DNA from: Verrucomicrobiia bacterium
GTDB lineage: Bacteria > Eisenbacteria > RBG-16-71-46
Assembly (NCBI GenBank): GCA_035577885.1
Contig: DATLUU010000748.1
Coordinates: 1 to 33,226 of the forward strand
Direction of reading: 5' to 3'
DNA length: 33,226 nt
Shown: piece by piece, positions 18,040 through 25,033 of the stretch
How the letters are laid out: each line of letters begins with the position of its first letter
Position numbering within the stretch: position 1 is the first letter of the stretch
The notes under the pieces: generated by a model
Database searches by the model: none
The model's input: only the letters and a program-made list of their open reading frames with translations
Told to the model about the DNA's origin: nothing
Translations under genes and position numbers: made by a program

Positions 18040-19108
18040 CCTCGGCGTCGCTTTGCACGGCGTGCGCCTGAACCTCCATTCCGAGCACGCGCCGCTCGTG
18101 GACTACGTGCGCGAGCACCTGGGCGGTGCGGTCGGGCCGGCCACGACCCCGCTCGCCGACGCGGACCTCGAGGTGCGCTGCCTGTGGACGGAGGGCGAGC
18201 TCGACGACCACGCGAGCCCCGCGGTGCTTCTCTCCGTGTCCCCGCCCGCAGGCCCGCTCGAGCGGATCGGGAAACGCATGCTCGGGAGCGCCGACGAGCT
18301 GCTGTGGCTCGACCCCCAGCGCATGCTCGGCCTGCAGCTGCGCGTGCGGCGTCGCGAGCGCGGCTGGGAGTTCATCGTCGCCTACCGTTATCACCCCGGT
18401 GCGAAACACCAGCACGATGCCCAGGAGTACGAATACAAGAAGTTCTTCAGCCTCATGAGCTACCTGGTCCACTACCCGGTGTTCTGGTACCTCGAGCGCA
18501 CCCGCGGCTTCGCGCTCGTGCACGCTGCGGCGCTGGGGACGGGGATGGGCGCGGTACTGGTCGGCGGGCTCGGGGGCGTGGGGAAGACGACGCTGTCGAT
18601 GGCGCTGTCGCGGCAGCCGGGGTTCACGCTCGGCGCCGAGAACCTGTCGCTCACGGACGGTGCGACCGTGCTCCCCGTCCACGAGCCCATCCGCCTGGAT
18701 CCCCGGAGCCTGGAGCTGCTGGGGGAGATGCCTGGCCTCACGCCCATGCGCTTCCCCTCGGGCCTCAAGGAGAAGCATCTCTTCCACGTCCGGCCTGCGG
18801 ATTCGGACCCGCCGTGGGCGCCGCGGGCGCTCTACCTGCCGCACTTCTCCGAGCGCCGCGTCACCCGGCTCTCGCCGGGTGAGGCCGCCGAACGTTTCAT
18901 GGCGATGAACCGATTGACACTCGAGGTGGACGACTACGTCTGGTTCGCCTCCGCGCTCGACCTCCACTGGCCGAGCCCCGGTCTCACGGCGCGTCGCACG
19001 AGCGTCGTCGAGGCGCTGACGCGCCGCGCCGCCTGCTTCGATCTCGGTGTGGACCCGACGGCCGGTGTCGCCGCCGCAGTAGCGGACGTACTGGGTTCAC
19101 TGGATTGA
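18032..19108 (+). CDS. HprK-related P-loop kinase-like protein
   Basis: ATG at 18032 overlaps the response-regulator stop by 8 nt. The segment 'LVHAAALGTGMGAVLVGGLGGVGKTTLSMALSRQPGFTLGAENLSL' (P-loop nt 18563-18592) resembles the C-terminal catalytic domain of HPr kinase and the HprK-related kinase A/B families. This is from memory and needs HMM confirmation. Confidence 0.6.
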   Translation: MASLGVALHGVRLNLHSEHAPLVDYVREHLGGAVGPATTPLADADLEVRCLWTEGELDDHASPAVLLSVSPPAGPLERIGKRMLGSADELLWLDPQRMLGLQLRVRRRERGWEFIVAYRYHPGAKHQHDAQEYEYKKFFSLMSYLVHYPVFWYLERTRGFALVHAAALGTGMGAVLVGGLGGVGKTTLSMALSRQPGFTLGAENLSLTDGATVLPVHEPIRLDPRSLELLGEMPGLTPMRFPSGLKEKHLFHVRPADSDPPWAPRALYLPHFSERRVTRLSPGEAAERFMAMNRLTLEVDDYVWFASALDLHWPSPGLTARRTSVVEALTRRAACFDLGVDPTAGVAAAVADVLGSLD

Positions 19109-19112
19109 CGCG

Positions 19113-19142
19113 CAGGTCCCGCACGGGCGAGACCTGATTTTT
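19113..19142 (+). terminator. Intrinsic terminator ending the 19-kb operon
   Basis: CAGGTC (19113-19118) pairs with GACCTG (19131-19136). An inner CGC/GCG extension (19120-19122 with 19127-19129) closes an ACGG tetraloop. A, then TTTTT (19138-19142), follows. The hairpin starts 5 nt after the stop at 19108. Confidence 0.65.
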
Positions 19143-19211
19143 ACGCAAGAGATACCCGGTTCAGACACGGCGGCCGCTGCGCTCGTCGCACACTCGTGCA
19201 CAATGAGTGTC

Positions 19212-19231
19212 GGCGATCCGAGGCGATCCGA
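19212..19231 (+). promoter_or_regulatory. Perfect tandem 10-mer (GGCGATCCGA x2), candidate response-regulator site
   Basis: GGCGATCCGA at 19212-19221 is repeated immediately at 19222-19231, 52 nt upstream of the ATG at 19283. It lies in the only sizeable lower-GC intergenic region after the operon. An ACACTC(9 nt)GAGTGT inverted repeat sits just upstream at 19190-19210. Confidence 0.3.
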
Positions 19232-19282
19232 AGGGCGCCGCGGCGAAGTCCCGAACTTCCACACCTCGAACCGGAGACGACC

Positions 19283-19885
19283 ATGAGCTCACGGAGACTT
19301 GTACTTCTGATCGGGTGCGCGGCCGCGCTGTGGGGCGCGGCCACCGCGTGGGCGCAGCAACAGGGCGGACAGACCGGACGCGCCGGCTCGCCGGCGGAGC
19401 TGATGTCGGCGCTCAAGGTGGGGCAGTGGGTGAAGATCGAAGGGCCCGCGGCGAGCGCGCCCATCGTGCAGTGCACCCAGGCCAAGATGCTGACCGGCGA
19501 CTTCCTCGACGGCGACTGGCAGATCTCCGCCGACGTGCGACGGGTGGATCCCGCGAGCCGCACGTTCATGGTCTACACCATGCCCTGCAAGCTCGCCCAG
19601 AACTGCACGTTCAAGAGCAAGACCGACCCCGCGTTCACGAGCCTCGCGCAGCTGAAGCCGGGCATGTACGTGAACGTCGAGGGCACGTTCCTGCGTGACG
19701 GCACGCTGCTCGCGAACAAGGTGAGCGACAAGGCGAGCGAGCTCGACACCAAGCCGGACCACAAGGGGAGCGTGCGGCTGCGCGGGCGGATCGACAAGCT
19801 GAACCCGTCGGCGATGACCGTCACCGTCATGAACATCACGTTCCAGGTCAACAGCCACACGCAGGCGAAATCGGTGATCCGGTGA
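19283..19885 (+). CDS. Secreted DUF5666-like (OB/beta-barrel repeat) protein
   Basis: ATG at 19283 with GGAG 6 nt upstream. It has the signal peptide 'MSSRRLVLLIGCAAALWGAATAWAQQ'. The repeats 'RTFMVYTMPCKLAQNCTFKS...LKPGMYVNVEGTFLRDGTLLANKV' and 'MTVTVMNITFQVNSHTQ' fit the DUF5666 pattern as I recall it. Confidence 0.7.
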   Translation: MSSRRLVLLIGCAAALWGAATAWAQQQGGQTGRAGSPAELMSALKVGQWVKIEGPAASAPIVQCTQAKMLTGDFLDGDWQISADVRRVDPASRTFMVYTMPCKLAQNCTFKSKTDPAFTSLAQLKPGMYVNVEGTFLRDGTLLANKVSDKASELDTKPDHKGSVRLRGRIDKLNPSAMTVTVMNITFQVNSHTQAKSVIR

Positions 19886-19937
19886 TGTCGCGACGCGCCG
19901 CACGCGTTCTCTTCACACCGTACCCCCGGGACCGCGC

Positions 19938-21407
19938 ATGATCAGGCCGCTCGTATTCGCCGCCATCGCCGTGCTCGCTTCGGCGAGCCTCGCTGCCGGC
20001 GCCACCGCGCCCCGCGAGGCAAGCCCCGCGGAGCCGCCGATGGTGTTCACGCGGCCGCTCGGGCTCCCCGAGTGCATCGACTTGGCGCTCCGCAACAACA
20101 TCCCGCTCCGGGTGGCGCGGGCCGACCTCGCCCGGGCCCACGGCGGGTACGTGTCGTCGCTGGCGAAGTTCACGCCCGTCCTGAGCGGCGGCGCGAGCCA
20201 GCAGCACACCACCGACCGGCTGTCGGCGGTCGACAGCTCCGGCCCGCTGCCGGAGGAGCGGACGATCTCCGAGAAGCACGTGATGAGCGGCGGCATCCGC
20301 CAGGAGATCCCCGGCGGATTGAAGCTCGACATCACCCAGGAGCTGGGCCCCGACGACGCCCTGCCGAGCAAGTCGCGGAACCGGCAGTTCCAGGCCACGG
20401 CGACGCAGCCGCTGCTGCGGGGCGCCGGCCTCACCGCCTCGATGGCCGACCTGCGCGGCGCCACCTACGACGAGAAGGCAGCCGAGGCCGACTTCCGGGA
20501 CCTCGAGCGCCAGACGATCCTCGACGTGAAGCTGGCCTACTACGCCGCCATCCGCGACGTGGAGCTGCTGCACGTCGCGCAGTCGACGCTCAATGCCGAC
20601 TCGCTGCTCGTGGAGGCCTCGAATGCCATGGTCGAGGCCAAGGTGGCCTCGCGCCGCGACGTGCTCTCGGCGAAGATCCGGCTCGCCGACGACTTGAGCA
20701 CCGTGGTCGCTGCCGAGCGCGATGAGCTGGGTTCGCTCGATGCGCTCAAGGACGTGATGGGCATCCCGCTCGAGACCACGGTGGCGATCTCCGACACCTC
20801 CCTCGACGCCCACATCGTCACCCTCGACGAGACGAAACTGGTGCAGCGCGTGATCGCGACGCATCCGTCGCTGGAGAGCGCGGCGTTCGCGATCCGTCGC
20901 AGCCGTCTCGATCTCACCGTGGCGCAGAACGCGCGGCTGCCGCAGGTGGATCTCCAGGCCTCCTACTTCCAGGACTTCGGGCAGAAGTTCGACACCGGCG
21001 ACATCGGTCGTGGCAGCGGCTGGGTCGCGTCCGTGAACCTGCTCTATCCGCTGTTCGACCGCTCCGCCGAGGGCGACGCGATTGCGCGCCGTGCCGAGCT
21101 CGCCCAGGCGAAGGACCGGCTGAAGATCCTCGAGCGCCAGCTGACGCTGCGCGTGCGCGAGATCGTGCGCACCGTGCGCAGCAGCGCCGAGGAGATCAAG
21201 GCGATCCAGCAGACGATCGATGCGGCGGACGACAAGCTGCAGTTCGCGACGGCGATGTTCAACCTGGGACGGGCTTCGAACCTGGACATCACGGATGCGC
21301 GCTCGGACCTGGTGAGCGCGCGCACGAAGATGGTGAAGAAACTGGTGGATTACAACGGCCAGCTGGCGCTGCTCGAGAGCCTGACCGGAGAACCGGTCGG
21401 ACGATGA
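19938..21407 (+). CDS. TolC-family outer-membrane efflux protein
   Basis: It has the signal peptide 'MIRPLVFAAIAVLASASLAAGA' and 'LPECIDLALRNNIPLRVARADLARA'. Two coiled repeat halves are present, with 'LDITDARSDLVSARTKMVKKLVDYNGQLALLESLTG' at the C-terminus. Confidence 0.9.
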   Translation: MIRPLVFAAIAVLASASLAAGATAPREASPAEPPMVFTRPLGLPECIDLALRNNIPLRVARADLARAHGGYVSSLAKFTPVLSGGASQQHTTDRLSAVDSSGPLPEERTISEKHVMSGGIRQEIPGGLKLDITQELGPDDALPSKSRNRQFQATATQPLLRGAGLTASMADLRGATYDEKAAEADFRDLERQTILDVKLAYYAAIRDVELLHVAQSTLNADSLLVEASNAMVEAKVASRRDVLSAKIRLADDLSTVVAAERDELGSLDALKDVMGIPLETTVAISDTSLDAHIVTLDETKLVQRVIATHPSLESAAFAIRRSRLDLTVAQNARLPQVDLQASYFQDFGQKFDTGDIGRGSGWVASVNLLYPLFDRSAEGDAIARRAELAQAKDRLKILERQLTLRVREIVRTVRSSAEEIKAIQQTIDAADDKLQFATAMFNLGRASNLDITDARSDLVSARTKMVKKLVDYNGQLALLESLTGEPVGR

Positions 21408-21432
21408 GCCGCCGGCCGCGAAGAGGTGCGGC

Positions 21433-22680
21433 ATGAGCACTCCGATGTGGATCGAACGTGTAGCGGCACCGCCCCGTCGGGGGTGGGAGTTCCTCGTCGC
21501 CCGCTACGGAACGCGCAACGCCTGGGTCGCGGCCGGCACCACGGCCGTGCTGCTGCTGGCGGTGGCGTTCTGGGCGATCGGGAGCACGAGCGCGGGCTCG
21601 CGCGTCCCCACCACGCGCGTCCGGCGCGAACCGGTGACGATCAAGGTCGTCGAGTCGGGGGACCTGCGCGCCAAGGACCAGGTGACGGTGAGCGCCATCA
21701 ACGACAAGCAGATCCTGTGGCTCTGCCCCGAGGGCAAGTACGTGCACGCGGGCGACACGCTCGTCGTGTTCGAGTCCGCGAAGTACGTCATCTCCACGGA
21801 CGAGGCGCATTCGGCCTTCCTCGTGGCCAAGGCGCAGCTGGAGCAGAAGCAGAACGACCTCGAGGCGCAGAAGGCGAAGGAGGAGGCGGCGCGGCAGCGC
21901 TACGAGTCGCTGCCCGAGTTGGCGAAGAAGGGCTTCGTCATGGACAGCGAGGTGCAGCAGGCGAAGCTCGCCTGGCAGGAGCTCCAGTCCACGACGCGGT
22001 CGTCCCAGGCGGAGGTGAAGGCGGCGCAGGCGAACGTGGACCGGGCCCAGAACGCGGCGGACCAGGAGATGCGCAAGCTCAGGGAGGGGGTCATGCTCGC
22101 TCCCCGCGCCGGTCTGGTCGTCTATGCCACGAGCGGAACGCCGGAGGACTCGAAGAAGATCTCCGTCGGCATGGTGCCGTTCCAGGGCCAGGACCTCATG
22201 TACCTGCCCGACGTCTCCAGCATGCTGGTCGACACCGAGGTGGGCGAGATCGACCTGGCGAAGGTGCGCGTCGGCGAGACGGCTGCCGTGATGCTCGACG
22301 CCTACCCCGGCGTGCAGTTCAAGGGCGAGGTGGTCACGGTCGCGAACCTCGCCAAGCGGAAGATCAACCGCACGAGCGGCAAGCAGACCGGCGCCAAGGT
22401 GTTCGACGTCACCGTGCGCGTGGTCGCCAACGACCCTCGCCTCAAGCCGGGGCTGAGCGCGACCGTGGAGATCCTCTGCAGCCAGTATCCGGAGGCGCTC
22501 ACGGTGCCGCTCGAGGCCGTGTTCTACGACGAGAACGAGAAGCCGTTCGTGTACGTGCGCAAGCACGGCAGGGTGGAGGAGAAGCCGGTGAACATCTCCG
22601 ACAGCAACGACCGTGTGGCGGTGGTGAAGAACCTCGCGCTGAACGAAGAGGTCCTGCTCGCGCCTCCGGGCTCGCTCTGA
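21433..22680 (+). CDS. HlyD/MacA-type periplasmic adaptor (membrane fusion protein)
   Basis: AGAGG SD. It has an N-terminal anchor 'WVAAGTTAVLLLAVAFWAIG', a lipoyl-like 'VHAGDTLVVFES', a long coiled-coil (AQLEQKQNDLEAQKAKEEAARQ...) and beta-barrel segments ('VGETAAVMLDAYPGVQFKGEVVTV'). Confidence 0.9.
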   Translation: MSTPMWIERVAAPPRRGWEFLVARYGTRNAWVAAGTTAVLLLAVAFWAIGSTSAGSRVPTTRVRREPVTIKVVESGDLRAKDQVTVSAINDKQILWLCPEGKYVHAGDTLVVFESAKYVISTDEAHSAFLVAKAQLEQKQNDLEAQKAKEEAARQRYESLPELAKKGFVMDSEVQQAKLAWQELQSTTRSSQAEVKAAQANVDRAQNAADQEMRKLREGVMLAPRAGLVVYATSGTPEDSKKISVGMVPFQGQDLMYLPDVSSMLVDTEVGEIDLAKVRVGETAAVMLDAYPGVQFKGEVVTVANLAKRKINRTSGKQTGAKVFDVTVRVVANDPRLKPGLSATVEILCSQYPEALTVPLEAVFYDENEKPFVYVRKHGRVEEKPVNISDSNDRVAVVKNLALNEEVLLAPPGSL

Positions 22681-22693
22681 GCGCGGGGATCCC

Positions 22694-23932
22694 ATGCTCG
22701 CACCCTCGGAAGCCTGGCGGATGGGCCTCGACAACCTCCGCAACCACAAGCTGCGCTCGCTGCTCACCACGCTGGGCGTGATCTTCGGCGTCACCGCGGT
22801 GGTGTCGATGCTCTCGATCGGCGAGGGCGCGAAGCGGGCCGCGGTGGAGCAGATCAAGCTCCTGGGGACGAACAACATCCGCATCCGCCGCCTCGACCTC
22901 ACGCCGCAGCAGGCGGAGGAGGCCGACCGGATGCAGTCGGACGGCCTCACGCACCGCGACGGCGAGATCATCCGCACCAACCTGCCGCACCTGACCGGGG
23001 TGTGTCCGCTCCGCTTCCTCGACGAGGAGGTCGCGCGCGGGGCGCGGCAATCGAGCGGCCGCGTCATCGGCACCGGCGTGGACTACGCCCAGGTCACCAA
23101 CTTCAAGCCTGCCGAGGGCCGCTTCCTCGCCGCGCTCGACGAGCACCTCGCCAAGCGTGTCTGCGTCATCGGCCAGGACGTGGAGAACGAGCTGTTCGGC
23201 CAGGGCAACGCCATCAACCGGCGCATCCGCATCGGCGACGACTGGTTCACGGTCGTGGGCGTGATGGAGCAGAAGAAGGTGCGCAAGGGCGGCACGAACG
23301 TGATCGCCGTTCGCGACATCAACAAGGACATCTACATCCCGATCGCCACCGCGCTCGCGCGCTTCACCGACGCCGACCGGCCGGACATGGTGGACGAGAT
23401 CGCGGTGAGGGTGTCGAGCGAGAACGAGGTGATGCCGATCGCCGACGTGCTCAAGCGGACGCTGTCGCGCACGCACCACAACGCGAAGGACTACGAGATC
23501 GTGATCCCCGCCGAGCTGCTGGCGCAGAGCCAGCGCACGCAGCGGCTGTTCAACATCATCATGGGCTCGATCGCCGCGATCTCGCTGCTCGTGGGCGGCA
23601 TCGGCATCATGAACATCATGCTCGCGAGCGTCACCGAGCGCACCCGGGAGATCGGCATCCGCCGCGCCGTGGGCGCCACCCGCCGCGACGTGCTGAGCCA
23701 GTTCCTCAACGAGACCGTGCTCGTGAGCGTGGCCGGTGGGCTGATGGGCATCGTGCTCGGCGTGATCATGGCGAAGGCGATCAACCTGTTCGCGGGCTGG
23801 GAGACCGTGATCTCGCTGGCGGGTGTGCTGGTGGCGTTCACCATCTCGGCGGCCGTGGGCATCGTGTTCGGCATCTACCCGGCGCGGAAGGCGGCCGAGC
23901 TGGACCCGATCGACGCACTGCGCTACGAGTGA
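22694..23932 (+). CDS. MacB/FtsX-type ABC transporter permease (no fused or adjacent ATPase)
   Basis: 'NLRNHKLRSLLTTLGVIFGVTAVVSMLSIGEG' is followed by a large periplasmic domain, then 'GGIGIMNIMLASVTERTREIGIRRAVGATRRDVLSQFL' and a C-terminal 'YPARKAAELDPIDALRYE'. These are classic MacB-type permease motifs. Confidence 0.9.
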   Translation: MLAPSEAWRMGLDNLRNHKLRSLLTTLGVIFGVTAVVSMLSIGEGAKRAAVEQIKLLGTNNIRIRRLDLTPQQAEEADRMQSDGLTHRDGEIIRTNLPHLTGVCPLRFLDEEVARGARQSSGRVIGTGVDYAQVTNFKPAEGRFLAALDEHLAKRVCVIGQDVENELFGQGNAINRRIRIGDDWFTVVGVMEQKKVRKGGTNVIAVRDINKDIYIPIATALARFTDADRPDMVDEIAVRVSSENEVMPIADVLKRTLSRTHHNAKDYEIVIPAELLAQSQRTQRLFNIIMGSIAAISLLVGGIGIMNIMLASVTERTREIGIRRAVGATRRDVLSQFLNETVLVSVAGGLMGIVLGVIMAKAINLFAGWETVISLAGVLVAFTISAAVGIVFGIYPARKAAELDPIDALRYE

Positions 23933-23941
23933 GCGCGGCGA

Positions 23942-23967
23942 GCCCGCGCGTTTCTCGTACCGCGGGC
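23942..23967 (+). terminator. GC-rich hairpin after the permease gene (weak terminator candidate)
   Basis: GCCCGCG (23942-23948) pairs with CGCGGGC (23961-23967) across a 12-nt loop, 10 nt after the stop at 23932. No T-tract follows. Confidence 0.3.
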
Positions 23968-24053
23968 CAGTTCGCGTGTGTACCATGGGCGTGCGCCGGG
24001 GCAGGGAAACTCGATTCGCAGCTTTCGGCGGAACCCAGTGCTGGAGTCGACGC

Positions 24054-24854
24054 ATGATCCCCCGGACGACCGCCGCCGCGGCGCGCCTCGCGTTTGCCTG
24101 GGCCCTGATCGCGGTCCGGGCCGAGCCCGCAGGCGCCCAGGCCATCGGCTACTCGTTGTCGCCGGGGAGCGAGTTCCGGACCGGCTGCTTCGAGCCGCCG
24201 TGCGCCTGCGGCCCCGTGCAGAACCCGATGACGGGCACGTTCGCGCTCATCCGGCGACCCTCGACACCGCCGTTCGCGAACTATGACGTGGTCGGGGTGC
24301 ATTGGGTGGTGCAGTTCCTGGTGGGTGTCGTGACCATCACCGGTGCGGGCAGCTATCGCGTCGGCGGCTCGGGCGTAGCACAGCAGCAGCTCTCGCTCGA
24401 TCTCGTGGTCGGTGGCGGTCCGGTCCGTCATTTCGACAGCGGCTTGGTCGCCGGTGGTGCCAACTTCCCGCGGATCGAGGCCGACATCTCGCTCTACGGC
24501 GGGATCGCGTGTGCCGACACCACGCTGATCGTGCGCGCGGGCGCGGGCGGCAGCACGCTCGACGCCGGTGCTCCCGGCCTCGCCCTCGCTCCGCTCGCCC
24601 CGAACCCGTTCCGTGGCGCCACGCGCCTCGAGTTCGCGCTGCGCGAGGACGGTCCGGTGCACGTCACCGTCCACGACCCGGCGGGACGCTGCGTGCGCAC
24701 GCTCGCGGACGGCGACTGGCTCGCCGCCGGCGCCCATGCGGTGGAGTGGGATGGAAGGGGGGAGGACGGCCGCACGATCCCGCCGGGCCTCTACTTCGTC
24801 CTCGTCCAGGCGCCGGGCGCGAGCCGGCGCACGAGCGTCATCAAGCTCCGCTGA
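24054..24854 (+). CDS. Secreted protein with FlgD-Ig-like / T9SS-type C-terminal domain
   Basis: ATG at 24054 gives the signal peptide 'MIPRTTAAAARLAFAWALIAVRAEPAGAQA'. The C-terminal ~85 aa, 'NPFRGATRLEFALREDGPVHVTVHDPAGRCVRTLADGDWLAAGAHAVEWDGRGEDGRTIPPGLYFVLVQAPGASRRTSVIKLR', match the FlgD Ig-like / Por-secretion-tail pattern. The N-terminal domain is unrecognised (Cys cluster 'CFEPPCACGP'). Confidence 0.7.
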   Translation: MIPRTTAAAARLAFAWALIAVRAEPAGAQAIGYSLSPGSEFRTGCFEPPCACGPVQNPMTGTFALIRRPSTPPFANYDVVGVHWVVQFLVGVVTITGAGSYRVGGSGVAQQQLSLDLVVGGGPVRHFDSGLVAGGANFPRIEADISLYGGIACADTTLIVRAGAGGSTLDAGAPGLALAPLAPNPFRGATRLEFALREDGPVHVTVHDPAGRCVRTLADGDWLAAGAHAVEWDGRGEDGRTIPPGLYFVLVQAPGASRRTSVIKLR

Positions 24855-25033
24855 AGCGGCGCGCCGCGCCCGTGTAAGGCCGGACACGCCCGGCGTGTAC
24901 GCGGGCCCACGCCCACGCGCCCGGCGCCGCTCCCGGGACCGCCAACCCCAAGCGGCGCAATGGCCCCGCCGCCAAGGACCACGGCACCCGGCTTGCGCAG
25001 GCCCACTCCAGACCCTTCTAAAGGAGTGGACCC

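Noticed and set aside
1-19108. That the kinase/ABC/HprK-like operon is a RiPP cluster (a lasso peptide with an HprK-type kinase, or a class V lanthipeptide/thioamitide with an APH-type kinase).
   Set aside because: The window has no lasso cyclase (Asn-synthetase-like), no B1/B2 (PqqD/transglutaminase) genes, no HopA1-type lyase and no LanC-like cyclase. It has no small precursor ORF and no peptidase domain on the ABC exporters, and the operon has no intergenic space to hide a precursor. I keep this only as a minor alternative.
18032-19108. Assignment of the HprK-related gene to the described 'GAK' or 'HPr-rel-A' systems.
   Set aside because: The partner genes I remember for those systems (ATP-grasp, CofD-related, amphi-Trp, PqqD-like) are not present anywhere in the window.
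24855-25033. A possible hairpin or terminator in the gap after the FlgD-Ig-tail gene (ACACG-CCCGG-CGTGT around 24883-24897).
   Set aside because: It has only a 5-bp stem, no extension and no T-tract. It cannot be distinguished from chance in GC-rich DNA.
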